Origin: a virus
Lineage: Duplodnaviria; Caudoviricetes
Length of the DNA: 59,110 bases
Direction: 5' to 3' (one strand)
Virus record (IMG/VR): IMGVR_UViG_3300033551_000005
Location: 1-59,110 of that record
This document shows, piece by piece, positions 45,613 to 55,014 of the stretch. The number at the start of each line of letters is the position of its first letter. Position 1 is the stretch's first letter. Under the pieces are notes generated by a model that was not told the origin of the DNA, made no database searches, and was given only the letters and a program-made list of their open reading frames with translations. The translations under genes were made by a program, and so were the position numbers.

Positions 45613-46011
45613 TCACCTTCCTCGTGCTGGTCGGCCGCGCGATCCGGGCGTGCCGTTGCTGTTCGCCAGGGTACCGCGCGGGCGCGGCGTGGCCCTGGCC
45701 TTGGTGGTGCCGTCGGGTGCCGGTGGCTTGTCCGGCTGCACCTGCGACTTGAACGCCTGGAAGGCGCTCGTCTCGTTGGCCGCTGACCACGGGGATTCCG
45801 GCGGGGGCTCCTCGCCCTTCGGCGGCATCCACAGTTTGCGGTCAAACTTGGCTAAAGCGTTCTCATCCTGCGCATTCCGGGTGGCCCAGTAGTAGATCAG
45901 GTTGAGCAACCGGTCGATCGGGAGCGCAGCGATATCCGTGTTACGTGACGTTGCCCAACCCTCCAGGGTCGGCCAGTTCTCCGACGCCAGGTGGAGCAGC
46001 CGGAACGTCAC
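45613..46011 (-). CDS. Tail assembly chaperone second ORF (frameshift extension or coupled GTG start)
   Basis: -1 frame overlapping the end of 46008-46349; immediately before the tape measure gene. Confidence 0.7.
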   Translation of the reverse strand: MTFRLLHLASENWPTLEGWATSRNTDIAALPIDRLLNLIYYWATRNAQDENALAKFDRKLWMPPKGEEPPPESPWSAANETSAFQAFKSQVQPDKPPAPDGTTKARATPRPRGTLANSNGTPGSRGRPARGR

Positions 46012-46349
46012 GTAGTAGGGCGGCCCGCGACCTTCTTCTGGAGCCAGCCGAGGATGGCCTCCAGGTCGGGGACGTCGAAGTCGTCCGTCTTGTCCTTGAG
46101 CCGGTTGATGAAGTACTGGCTCGGCGGGTTCGGCTCGGAGCCCTCGTCCGCCACGTACTCGGCGTCCAGGCCCTCCTGGAGCCAGTCGAAGGTCTCCTTG
46201 GTGAGGGAGATGATCGTGCCGCCGCCGACGGTCTCCAGGAAGATCTGTGCCTGCTTGGGCGGGAAGAACTTGAACGGGGTGCCGTCCACCGTGAACTCGA
46301 TGGGCTTCTTGTTCCGGGTGCCGGTGGTGAATGCCATGGATGCGCTCAT
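46008..46349 (-). CDS. Tail assembly chaperone
   Basis: PIEFTVDG...AGRPTT; leaderless TACGCT-N6-ATG. Confidence 0.75.
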   Translation of the reverse strand: MSASMAFTTGTRNKKPIEFTVDGTPFKFFPPKQAQIFLETVGGGTIISLTKETFDWLQEGLDAEYVADEGSEPNPPSQYFINRLKDKTDDFDVPDLEAILGWLQKKVAGRPTT

Positions 46350-46379
46350 ACGCAGAGCGTATCCGACGTACGTCACACG

Positions 46380-46781
46380 TCAGATTTTCAACTGCGTAAG
46401 CACTCGGCTCAGCCACCGAGTTGCCCGGATTCCGCGGACTCGCTTCGCGAAGACGAACGCCCCGCTCTTGCCTCGGAACCGCAGCACCTTGGCCGTGCGC
46501 GGGCCGTGGTCGCGGGTGCCGCGCTCCAGCCAGATGCCGGTGTCGAGGTTGGTGCCGATCTGGTAGTTCACCGGGCGCCGAGCCGAGGGGAAGCGCTGGT
46601 ACTGGACCGAGTTGCGGGTGCGCCCCGTGTCGACGCTGCCGTCCGTCGTGAGGTTCATCCGGGCGCGGTCGCGAGCCTGCCCGGCCACGCGCCGGGTGAA
46701 CGTGTCGACGTCGCCGCCGGGCGCGCTCAGGCGCGCGATGGCCGCGCGGTCGAGCGTGATACGCACGCGGGTGCGGCTCAC
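46380..46781 (-). CDS. HK97 gp10-like neck/tail completion protein
   Basis: VDTGRTRNS...ERGTRDH.P..KVLRF...VFAKRVRG. Confidence 0.75.
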   Translation of the reverse strand: MSRTRVRITLDRAAIARLSAPGGDVDTFTRRVAGQARDRARMNLTTDGSVDTGRTRNSVQYQRFPSARRPVNYQIGTNLDTGIWLERGTRDHGPRTAKVLRFRGKSGAFVFAKRVRGIRATRWLSRVLTQLKI

Positions 46782-47347
46782 GACGCCACCCAGACCGAGG
46801 GCTCGGGGAAGTCGTACGGCTCCACGGGCTCGGGGTGGTCCTCCGGGCAGGCGCACGAGCCCTGCGCGAAGTAGACGCGCCACTCCCCGCCCATGCAGCC
46901 GCCCTCGGTCTCCTTGGGCGTCCACTGCTGGATCATCTTCTTGCTGAGCGTGGGGTTCGGCTGCCAGCAGCAGCGGATCGCCGTCTCCAGCAGCGCGGCG
47001 TCACGGTTCATGGCGGCGGCGTCGGCGGTCATCTGCTCGCCGGTCGGGGCGTTCATGTCGTCGTCGATGGTGTGCGCACACCGGAGCACCGAGACGCCCA
47101 ACTGCACGGCCCAGAACAGCGGGTTGCAGTTGCTCGCCGTGGTGTCGATCGAGGGGAACGTGCGGCTCGGGAACCGCTCGATCACGCGGACGGCCAACTG
47201 CCCGGCGCAGCAGTCGTCGTCGGGCACGGTGGCCCCGGGGTTGAGGAACGCCTTGCCGACCGGGACACCGGCCTCCACGAGCGCGCCGTTCGCGCAGGTG
47301 AGCAGCGCCCACATCTCGGCGGTCAGGGTGTCAGGGATCACGGCCAT
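46778..47347 (-). CDS. Tail terminator-like protein
   Basis: DDCC.GQLAVR...LGVSVLRC...EGGCMGGEW; synteny. Confidence 0.7.
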   Translation of the reverse strand: MAVIPDTLTAEMWALLTCANGALVEAGVPVGKAFLNPGATVPDDDCCAGQLAVRVIERFPSRTFPSIDTTASNCNPLFWAVQLGVSVLRCAHTIDDDMNAPTGEQMTADAAAMNRDAALLETAIRCCWQPNPTLSKKMIQQWTPKETEGGCMGGEWRVYFAQGSCACPEDHPEPVEPYDFPEPSVWVAS

Positions 47348-47379
47348 GCAGCCAGAGTAGACGGATTTCGCGGCAGGAG

Positions 47380-47427
47380 TTGTTCGTCGCGCTTACTGAT
47401 GCTAATGTTACGTACGTCAGCACAAAC
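47380..47427 (+). promoter_or_regulatory. Conserved promoter/operator/leader element, copy 8
   Basis: TTGTTC-N17-TAATGT-TACGTACGTCAGCACAAAC. Confidence 0.85.
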
Positions 47428-47447
47428 CGCCAGACCAGGAGGTCACC

Positions 47448-47969
47448 ATGAACACCGCCACCGTCAAGCAGATCGAGTTCATCAACCGTCTCCAGGCCGA
47501 GCGCCGCTGGGAGACCACCCCGGCGATGGCGACCATGGTCGAGGACGCCCGGTTCGCCTGGCGGAAGGGCGAGTTCAGCAAGCGGGATGCCTCGCTGCTG
47601 ATCCACGACCTGGGGTTCATGCCGCGCCGGGACGCCGAGGTCGCGAAGAGCGCCGACGCCGTCGAGGACCGCGTCAGCCTGGAGGGGATGCACCGGCTGG
47701 GCGGCAAGATCTACAAGGTCCAGGTCGCCGTGAACGGCTCGGGCAACGAGTACGCCAAGGAACTGCGCAACCTGGGCGACGTGGACGGGTTCGGCTTCGT
47801 CTACGCGCCGGGCGTCGTGCGCAAGTTGTCGGTGCGCACCCGGCTCACGCTGGAGGAGGCCAAGGAGTTCGGCGCCCTCTACGGCACCTGCTGCGTGTGC
47901 GGCCGAACGCTGACCGACGAGAAGAGCATCGCGGCGGGCATCGGCCCGGTCTGCGCTGGCAAGTTCTGA
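47448..47969 (+). CDS. DUF6011 domain protein
   Basis: CCVCGRTLTDEKSIAAGIGPVCA; N-terminal ATVKQIEFI. Confidence 0.8.
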   Translation: MNTATVKQIEFINRLQAERRWETTPAMATMVEDARFAWRKGEFSKRDASLLIHDLGFMPRRDAEVAKSADAVEDRVSLEGMHRLGGKIYKVQVAVNGSGNEYAKELRNLGDVDGFGFVYAPGVVRKLSVRTRLTLEEAKEFGALYGTCCVCGRTLTDEKSIAAGIGPVCAGKF

Positions 47970-48022
47970 CCCACCCCGGCCGGGCGCCCCGCGCGCCCGG
48001 CCTCACCCCGGAGGAGAGCACG

Positions 48023-48238
48023 ATGGCAACACAGCAGGTCAAGGAGCCGGTGTACGAGTACACCTGCGACGGATGCGGCAAGTCGACGATCGTCGTCGAG
48101 GGCGAGGACCAGCCGCTCGGCATCGAGGGCAAGGTGGCCGAGCACCACGCCGGTGGCGGCAACGGGGGCGACTTCTGGGCCTGCTCCCGGAAGTGCCTGC
48201 GCAAGGCGATCATCACGGTCCTGGACGAGGCCTACTGA
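48023..48238 (+). CDS. Small Zn-finger protein
   Basis: YTCDGCG...ACSRKC; GGAGGAG RBS. Confidence 0.65.
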   Translation: MATQQVKEPVYEYTCDGCGKSTIVVEGEDQPLGIEGKVAEHHAGGGNGGDFWACSRKCLRKAIITVLDEAY

Positions 48239-48657
48239 TGGGCGCCGAGATGCTGCCCGCGTGGGTCGAGGTCGGCGCCCACGCGCTGGTGACGTGGGGC
48301 CTGCGCGACGAGTACGTCACGAAGGTGGTGGTCACGAAGATCACCCCGTCCGGCCAGGTCGTGCTGAACGGCGGCCAGCAGAGCGAGCGCCGGTTCATGG
48401 CCCGGGACTTCAAGGCGGACGGCACGGCGCACCGCTGGGGCTCCGGCACGTTCGCCTCGTCGTACGACCTGTACTCGATCGACCACGAGCGGGCGCCGCG
48501 CATCCTCGCGCAGCAGGAGCAGAACCAGACCTGGAACCGGGTGCGCCGGGACATGGACGCGCTGGAGAAGGGCAAGACGCTGAACGACGCCGCCGCGCTC
48601 GTGCAGTCGCTGACCTCGTGGAGGCGAGCGGTGGAGAACTTGTCCGCTCTGTCCTGA
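48238..48657 (+). CDS. Hypothetical protein
   Basis: VTKITPSGQVV motif; TGATG overlap. Confidence 0.65.
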   Translation: MGAEMLPAWVEVGAHALVTWGLRDEYVTKVVVTKITPSGQVVLNGGQQSERRFMARDFKADGTAHRWGSGTFASSYDLYSIDHERAPRILAQQEQNQTWNRVRRDMDALEKGKTLNDAAALVQSLTSWRRAVENLSALS

Positions 48658-48659
48658 TC

Positions 48660-48718
48660 GTTCTTCCTTCATCACCCACCCTCCTTATAGGGAGGGTGGG
48701 TGATGATGAAAGAAGAAC
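48660..48718. repeat. Dispersed long hairpin family, copy D
   Basis: GTTCTTCCTTCATCACCCACCCTCC-TTATAG-GGAGGGTGGGTGATGATGAAAGAAGAAC. Confidence 0.85.
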
Positions 48719-48722
48719 ACGA

Positions 48723-49604
48723 CTAGGTGACCGGCCAGGTCTGCTGCCGGTACCGGGGCGGCATCCGGTCCGGGCTGAGCACCCGCCACTTGCGCGGCCG
48801 GTTCACCACGGAGGCCACCCACGAGTCGATCAGCCAGATGCCGGTGTGCCCCGTGTCGATGTCGTCGAACGAGTCGAGCACGGCCACCGTGACGCCCTGC
48901 CGGGTGATCGACTGCACCCGCTGTGGCAGCCCGCAGGACTTGTCGCCGCACGCGGCCTTGGCGAGTTCGTTCGCGAGCCGCCCGGCCGCCACCTGCCCGC
49001 CCTTGGGTACGGCCGTGCCCTTGGTGTACGTGACCGACCAGGTGTCCTCCTGGCCGTCCATGAGGTTCATGTTCTGGCAGGTGGGCCACCGGCCGCCGTC
49101 GGTCCGCACGAGGAACCGCCCGTTGTCCACGCGGTAGGCCAGCGACGACAGCACCTCGCCGTCGATCTGCACCTGCTGCACGGACGCGATCGGGCCGGGC
49201 AGCCGCAGCGACGCCGTGCTGTCGCAGCCGCAGGTGTCCCCGCACGAGCCGCACCCGATGTTGAGCCAGGCGCCCTGGATAAGCACGGGGGTGAACGGCG
49301 CCGCGAGCGGGCCGCCCGCCCCGCCCCAGAACGTCGAGACGCCCTCGTAGCAGGGCTGGCGGCACGGCCGCAGGGTGACCTCGCACTGCCCGTACTTGCG
49401 CCCGGTCCAGTCCCACAGGTACGTCGCAGCCATCTCCTCGAACACGGCCACGCCGGACGCGGGCAGGGACGCCAGCGGCTCGGGCAGGCCGCCGCCGCAC
49501 GCGCTGTAGTCGATCGGCCACGAGCACGGCGCGTCAGGGGAGAGCGCCGTCGTCGCGTCGAACGCGAGCGAGAACGCGTCGCTGAACTCGTTCTCGGCCA
49601 CCAT
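48723..49604 (-). CDS. Head-to-tail adaptor
   Basis: PCSWP...LWDWTGRKYGQC.VTLRPC...WP.CQ...ITRQGVT...TGIWLID.W. Confidence 0.8.
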   Translation of the reverse strand: MVAENEFSDAFSLAFDATTALSPDAPCSWPIDYSACGGGLPEPLASLPASGVAVFEEMAATYLWDWTGRKYGQCEVTLRPCRQPCYEGVSTFWGGAGGPLAAPFTPVLIQGAWLNIGCGSCGDTCGCDSTASLRLPGPIASVQQVQIDGEVLSSLAYRVDNGRFLVRTDGGRWPTCQNMNLMDGQEDTWSVTYTKGTAVPKGGQVAAGRLANELAKAACGDKSCGLPQRVQSITRQGVTVAVLDSFDDIDTGHTGIWLIDSWVASVVNRPRKWRVLSPDRMPPRYRQQTWPVT

Positions 49605-50329
49605 CAGGCGGCCGTCCCGTCTGCGAACCGCCACGACGCGCCGTTCCACCAGACCGGGCGGCCGACCGTCGTGTCGAAGTAGGCGAACCCGGTCGGCCGG
49701 ATCGTGGGCCGCTGCGCCGTCGTGCCGGTCGCACCGAGCGTGCGGAACGGGCGCACGAGCACCGCGCCCATGCTGACGTGCGAGTCCAGCACGATGCCCA
49801 CCGTGGACGCCGACACCGTGTTGGTGAGCACGCCGACTGCGCTGGAGTAGACCGTCGACCCGGCGGCGAACGCCGACGTGTTCAGGTCCCGCACGAGGCC
49901 GAACACCGTGACGTTGCCGTTCGCGTTGTTCGGGATGTCCTCGGTCGTCACTGCACGGATGCCGCCCTGGCCGTCATCGAGAGCGATCGTCGGCTGGTTG
50001 CCGACGTTGCCCGTGATCCGCACCGCGCGACCGTTCAGGATCGTGGCGCCCGAATTGTTCCGCACGTTGATGCGCGACTCGTAGCCCACCTGGATAGAAC
50101 TCGTGGGGCTCGTGTCGATGTCGAGCGTGCCCTCCTCCGGGTTCCAGTGGACGTGGCCCGCCAACTGCCCCGGGTCGGGGAGGGACGTGTCGAACAGCAG
50201 CCCCTCGATCGGGTCGGTGCCGTCGGTGCGGTGCCACAGCGCCGTGACGGCCGCGCGCACGTCCGCAGCGTCGATGGCGCCCGTTGCGTTGTCGGGCAGC
50301 AGGTCCAGAATCTCTGCGAGCGTTGCCAT
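49604..50329 (-). CDS. Virion structural/decoration protein
   Basis: LLPDNATGAI...; C-terminal GTTAQRP...YFDTT.G.PVWWNG. Confidence 0.6.
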   Translation of the reverse strand: MATLAEILDLLPDNATGAIDAADVRAAVTALWHRTDGTDPIEGLLFDTSLPDPGQLAGHVHWNPEEGTLDIDTSPTSSIQVGYESRINVRNNSGATILNGRAVRITGNVGNQPTIALDDGQGGIRAVTTEDIPNNANGNVTVFGLVRDLNTSAFAAGSTVYSSAVGVLTNTVSASTVGIVLDSHVSMGAVLVRPFRTLGATGTTAQRPTIRPTGFAYFDTTVGRPVWWNGASWRFADGTAA

Positions 50330-50413
50330 GGGGAGTCCTCCTCGTTCGGGGCCAACATACGGCAGCGGCCCCGCCCCGTGAGGGACGAGGCCGCTGGTGT
50401 TCCTACGGCCGGA

Positions 50414-51109
50414 TCAGGGGCCGACCGGCAGGAACGGGACGAAGCCGCACGCCGACGGAGGCGGCGCGACGCCGGTCTCCACGAGCAGCAGGTGGTCGAG
50501 CGGGTCGAGCGCCGTCGGCAGCACCGAGGGGACGCCCGTGTCCATGAGCACCGCGTACGGGCCGACACCCCACGCGTTGCCGCCGCGCGTGAACGCGCCG
50601 GTCATGGAGAACGTGATCGCGTCCTCGCCGGTCACCTCGATGTCGCCCAGGACGCCCGCGTTGATGAAGGGGAGCAGCAGGTAGCCGCTCGCCTCCTCGT
50701 CGCCCGGCTCGCAGGCGCGACCCGACAGGCCGGTCCACAGTTCGAGGGCGAACTTCTTGTCGATCGTGCCCTCGGCGACGGTGATACCAGCGTTCTCGTC
50801 GTCGTAGTCCTGGTAGGGCTCGGCGTTGGTGGTCAGGGACGCGAGGTCCGGGTCCACCCCGCAGAACTCCATCTCCAGCGTGAACCGCTTGAACGAGTCG
50901 CTGGTGCGCTCGTTCACGCACAGCGAGCCGTCCGCCTTGCGGGTGATGATTTCCGTGCCCTCCTCGATCTCCGAGGTGAGCGTGAGCGAGATGAAGCCGT
51001 CGGTCGCGACGACGGACGTCAGGTCCCCGGACGCAGGCAGGTTGCCGCACTCGTCGAGCGCGGTTGCCCGGATGCGCTTCCCGAGGACCGGGATGAAGCA
51101 CTTGGTCAT
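50414..51109 (-). CDS. Major tail protein
   Basis: GKRIRATALDECG...FCGVDPD...FALELWT...WGVGPY. Confidence 0.85.
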   Translation of the reverse strand: MTKCFIPVLGKRIRATALDECGNLPASGDLTSVVATDGFISLTLTSEIEEGTEIITRKADGSLCVNERTSDSFKRFTLEMEFCGVDPDLASLTTNAEPYQDYDDENAGITVAEGTIDKKFALELWTGLSGRACEPGDEEASGYLLLPFINAGVLGDIEVTGEDAITFSMTGAFTRGGNAWGVGPYAVLMDTGVPSVLPTALDPLDHLLLVETGVAPPPSACGFVPFLPVGP

Positions 51110-51133
51110 GGCTGAGTCCTCCTGTGGAGAGCC

Positions 51134-51172
51134 CGGCCCAAGCGCCAGCGACGTACATCTGTGCCCAGGCTA
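51134..51172 (-). promoter_or_regulatory. Late leader motif, copy 3 (major tail)
   Basis: TAGCCT-N5-CAGATGTACGTCGCTGGCGCTTGGGCCG. Confidence 0.75.
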
Positions 51173-51185
51173 TCCGCCTGGTTTG

Positions 51186-51548
51186 CTACCCGAGAACCGC
51201 AGCGATCGGGTCGTAGTCCTTCTCGTCTGCCGGGGCCGGGTCCTCTACGGGCTCGTCCTCGGGTCCAGCCGCCTCGTCAGCGTCCTCTGCCGCGTCCGGG
51301 GCACCGGCGTCGGTCGGCTCCGGCTCGGTCGCTCCAGCGGGCTCCTGTGCGTCCGACTCCAGGGGGACCGAGAGCAGTTCGAGCGCGAGGTCCGCCGGGT
51401 CGGGCTGTTCGGCGTCCCCCTGCGGCGCCGACTGCCCGGCCGCGAACAGGTCCACGAGCGCGAGGCGGGGGTCCGGCTCGGGCGCGGCCGGGGCGGCTGC
51501 GGCCCGCTTGATGCGGCGGAAGCCGCCGTCCATCACGAGGCGTGCCAT
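51186..51548 (-). CDS. Acidic Pro/Ala-rich hypothetical protein
   Basis: MARLVMDGG...; TGATG overlap. Confidence 0.6.
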   Translation of the reverse strand: MARLVMDGGFRRIKRAAAAPAAPEPDPRLALVDLFAAGQSAPQGDAEQPDPADLALELLSVPLESDAQEPAGATEPEPTDAGAPDAAEDADEAAGPEDEPVEDPAPADEKDYDPIAAVLG

Positions 51549-52372
51549 CAGACAATCTCCGTCTCTACCTCGAACGCCATCGGCTCCGGGCACTCGTCCC
51601 AGCCGACGAGGTACCGGCGCTCCGCGACGCCGTACAGGTTGTTCTGTGCCCGGTCGAGCAGGTCGCCCGGCCGGTTGGTGGCCGTGAAGACCTCCGAGCG
51701 GTACAGCATGAGCGCCGGTGCCGCGACGAGCCACCACCCGGCCGTGCCTGACGGGCTCGTGCCGGGGTAGCCCGCGCCCGCGATGACCGGGGTGCCGAGC
51801 CGGGTGTAGAGCCGGGCGCCGCGCACCTCCAGCAGCATCTCCCCCAGCAGCAGAGCAGCCAGGTAGCGGGACATGTGGATCGTGCCGAGCGAGCCGTACT
51901 CCGTGGCGATGTACTGCTCCGCCGCCGCGAGCGCGAGGCGCGGCGCGAGCGCACCGGCGCCGGAGTCGCTGCCCTCGGCAAAGTTCGGGGTGTTGCCGAG
52001 GTCGCCAGTCCAGACAGCCTGCTCAGCGCGAGCCTCCTCGCGGGCGATCAGGTGCTCGGTCGCGCGCTCGTTGGCGTACTCCAGCGAGTGGCCGATCGGG
52101 CTGCACTCGTACGAGCCGTAGACCGTGAACGGCACGGCGTCGTCCACGCCACCCGGGATCGGGAACGCCTTGGGCAGGCCGATGGTCTCGACCTCGGGGT
52201 CGCAGTCGACCGGGCCGATGCCGGACGCGGGGCCGCAGTTCAGCGGCTCCCACACGACGCCGTTCTCCCACCGGGAGTTCCCGGCCGGGCGAGGGGTGAC
52301 AACGGACAGCAGCCCGAACGGCAGCGCCGTGCGAGCGATGGGGTCGACGACGGTCGCCGGTGCGAATGCCAT
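51548..52372 (-). CDS. Major capsid pentamer-type protein
   Basis: PFGLLSV...RWENGV...PFTVY.S..CSP...TRLGTPVIAGAGY...AER.Y; follows the hexamer gene as in cluster-B-like phages. Confidence 0.75.
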   Translation of the reverse strand: MAFAPATVVDPIARTALPFGLLSVVTPRPAGNSRWENGVVWEPLNCGPASGIGPVDCDPEVETIGLPKAFPIPGGVDDAVPFTVYGSYECSPIGHSLEYANERATEHLIAREEARAEQAVWTGDLGNTPNFAEGSDSGAGALAPRLALAAAEQYIATEYGSLGTIHMSRYLAALLLGEMLLEVRGARLYTRLGTPVIAGAGYPGTSPSGTAGWWLVAAPALMLYRSEVFTATNRPGDLLDRAQNNLYGVAERRYLVGWDECPEPMAFEVETEIV

Positions 52373-52450
52373 GCGGACTATCCCTCCTGGTCAGTGGGGC
52401 GGACCTGCCGACGGGCGGCCTCCGAAGAGACCGCCCGCCGAGAGGGACTG

Positions 52451-54286
52451 CTACGGGGCGACGACCAGCGTGCCGTTGCAGGCGATGTCCACGCCTGCGC
52501 CGGTGGCGCCGTCCGGGCAGACGTTGACGGTCACGACGCGGGAGTCGTGGCACATCTTCGCCATGAGGTAGCCCTCCTCGGTGAACAGGGCCGTGTAGTT
52601 GTTCTGGCCGAGCCCGACGGAGTCGTAGATCGTGTCCAGGGTGATGACGTCCGCCGCGCCCTTGACCCAGGTGCCCGCCGGGTAGAGCAGGAAGTCGACC
52701 TCCGAGGGCCAGGCCGTGAAGCCCGAGGCCGGGGTGGTGGCGATGTCCTGCCAGTCGTAGACGAACTGCGGCGAGATGCCGCGCTGCGTGAACCACGCGT
52801 TGATCTGCTGGTTCGTGACCGACAGCATGTCGACGCCGAGGCGGCGCGACAGGTCGGACCGGACGACGCCGTGCGTCCACATCGGGAACACGGCCTCCAG
52901 GGTGGCCGTGCGCGACATGCGGTTGACGGTCCGCAGGTGCTCCACCTGGAGTTCGATCGCCGTCAGCAGCGGGGCCGTGGCGCCGACCTGCCCGGCGGGC
53001 ATCGTGATGGCCGTCGAGCCCGCCACCATCTTCTCGATGATGTTGGCGTTGAGCCGGTGGTCGTGGCCGATGAGCGCACCGCGCAGCACGCGCGCGATGA
53101 CCTCGGGGTAGCCGCGCGCCTGGAGCAGGCCCGCCGTCAGGCAGAGACCGCAGACGTCGAGGCGCTCCTCGTCGAACTCGGGGCACTCGATGTGGTAGCA
53201 GGGCTTGTCGCCCTCCACGTTCGGGTCGCCCGGGTTCGCGCCCGGCGCGTAGGTCCCGTCGATGTCGTCCTGCTCGGTGAAGCAGAAGCCCGTGGCCGAG
53301 TAGATGGACGAGAAGTCCGGACCCTGCGTGAAGTTGATGCCACCCCGGTTGATGGTGATTTCCGGGACGGACAGGAGGCCGTCACGGGTCTCCAGTTCGC
53401 ACAGGTCGTAGATCGTCTCGGACGGCGCGCACCAGCCACCGGCCGCGAGCAGCGAGCCCGAGCCGCCCTTGCCGTTGTCGAGCAGGGCCTCGTTGCGCGC
53501 GGCAGCGATGACCTCCTCGATGTGCTGCGGGTCCTTGTTCTTGACGAGGAACCGCTCGTCGATCGGCTTCTGGATGACGGCCAGGTTCCCCTGCTCGCGC
53601 AGGCGGCGGCCCGAGCGCGCAGCCGCAGCGTAGTTCTGCTGCGGGAACGAGCGCAGGCGGTCGTCGAGGGTGCCCGCGAGGGTGCCCCAGTCGATGCCCT
53701 GGCCGCTGTCCGGCGTCTTGAGGATGTCGCGGATCGACCGGTTGCCGTACCGGTCGGCCGGGGCCTCCTCGCGCCGGGGCGCGGCGGCGCGCGGGCGGCG
53801 CACCTGCGAGAGCGGCACGCGGCGAGCGCCGGTGCCGGACGCGACGAGCGAGCCGTCCTCGACCGGGGCGTCCTCCACGGGCGCGTCCTCGACCGGGGCC
53901 GGGGTGCCGTCCACGACGGGCTCCGGCTCCTCGACCGTGCCGGTCTCGCCACCGAGCGTGATGCCCGCCGTCGCGGCGAGGTCGGCCGCAGCCGCAGCGC
54001 GCTCGTCGGCCTTGGCCTGGCGCGCGTCCTTCTCGCCCTTGGTGCGGGTGATGCCGTCGGTCAGCGCCGAGAGCGCGTCGACCTGCGCGTCGGTCAGGCC
54101 GGTGCCGTCGCCGTAGACCTCCTGGAAGGCCTCCAGCGCCTGGTTGAGCAGGCCGTCAACGGCCGCGTCGTCCAGCCCGGAGAAGTCCTCGGGGAACGTG
54201 ATCGCGTCGTCCTCGACCGGCTGGTCCTCGTAGTTGGTCGCCAGCGGGAAAAGCGACTCGCGCCGCCCGCCGAAAATCTTCGCCAT
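52451..54286 (-). CDS. Major capsid (hexamer) protein with N-terminal scaffold-like region
   Basis: SLLAAGGWCAPSETIYDLC...FVYDWQ...YTALFTEEG. Confidence 0.9.
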   Translation of the reverse strand: MAKIFGGRRESLFPLATNYEDQPVEDDAITFPEDFSGLDDAAVDGLLNQALEAFQEVYGDGTGLTDAQVDALSALTDGITRTKGEKDARQAKADERAAAAADLAATAGITLGGETGTVEEPEPVVDGTPAPVEDAPVEDAPVEDGSLVASGTGARRVPLSQVRRPRAAAPRREEAPADRYGNRSIRDILKTPDSGQGIDWGTLAGTLDDRLRSFPQQNYAAAARSGRRLREQGNLAVIQKPIDERFLVKNKDPQHIEEVIAAARNEALLDNGKGGSGSLLAAGGWCAPSETIYDLCELETRDGLLSVPEITINRGGINFTQGPDFSSIYSATGFCFTEQDDIDGTYAPGANPGDPNVEGDKPCYHIECPEFDEERLDVCGLCLTAGLLQARGYPEVIARVLRGALIGHDHRLNANIIEKMVAGSTAITMPAGQVGATAPLLTAIELQVEHLRTVNRMSRTATLEAVFPMWTHGVVRSDLSRRLGVDMLSVTNQQINAWFTQRGISPQFVYDWQDIATTPASGFTAWPSEVDFLLYPAGTWVKGAADVITLDTIYDSVGLGQNNYTALFTEEGYLMAKMCHDSRVVTVNVCPDGATGAGVDIACNGTLVVAP

Positions 54287-54310
54287 GGAAATCCTCCTGT
54301 GAGGGAGGTC

Positions 54311-54350
54311 CGGCCCTGCGCGCCAGCGACGTATCTCTGGTGGGAGAGTA
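54311..54350 (-). promoter_or_regulatory. Late leader motif, copy 2 (major capsid)
   Basis: TACTCT-N5-CAGAGATACGTCGCTGGCGCGCAGGGCCG. Confidence 0.75.
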
Positions 54351-54412
54351 GCACCTACGCACGTACGCAAGAGCCCCGACCACCGCAGATGCGGTAGCCG
54401 GGGCTCGGTGCG

Positions 54413-54766
54413 TCAGCCGGTGCAGGCGCCGTCGCGGTAGTACTGGCCCACCTTGCAGGCCATGTAGACCCGCTCGCCCACGCTGCGCCAGCCCGCCTCG
54501 GGCTCGTGCTTGCCGGGCGCCCCGCCGACCTCCTCGCGGAGGTAGAGGTTGTACGAAGCGGGCCGGTACTGCTGGCACGAGTACGGGTACGAGCGCGACT
54601 GCGGCTTGCCGTTGATGGTCGTGGTCTCCGTGCGGTAACACGTCGTCCAGTACCACTCGGCCGCGCTGTACTGCTTCTCGACCACGGTCCCCTCGCTGGG
54701 GCCGCAGCCGGTCAGGGCCACCGCCGCGAGGATCGCGACGACGGCGGCCCCGAACCGGCGCCTCAC
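54413..54766 (-). CDS. Lipoprotein
   Basis: RRR, hydrophobic stretch and LTGC lipobox; GTVVEKQY. Confidence 0.7.
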   Translation of the reverse strand: MRRRFGAAVVAILAAVALTGCGPSEGTVVEKQYSAAEWYWTTCYRTETTTINGKPQSRSYPYSCQQYRPASYNLYLREEVGGAPGKHEPEAGWRSVGERVYMACKVGQYYRDGACTG

Positions 54767-55014
54767 GCGCCGCGCCGAACGTACGTCGCGGCCGAGGCGA
54801 GCGTCACGCGCTTGGCGATGCGCGACGCGCCGAGCGGGCGGGCGATCAGCCACTCGCCTTCGATCTGCGTCACCTTCTTGCCGGTGTGCCGGGTGCGCGC
54901 CCGGGTGACGAGCACCGTCGGCATGCCGTCCTCGCTGAGCAGGATGTCGCCCGGCATGACGCGCTGCGCCGAGGTCACGAAGTCCGCCGAGGTGGGGGCG
55001 AGGGTGGTGTTCAT
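54763..55014 (-). CDS. Small hypothetical protein
   Basis: AGGAGG RBS; variant leader GACGCAAGTCAGCACAGC at 55042-55059. Confidence 0.65.
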   Translation of the reverse strand: MNTTLAPTSADFVTSAQRVMPGDILLSEDGMPTVLVTRARTRHTGKKVTQIEGEWLIARPLGASRIAKRVTLASAATYVRRGA

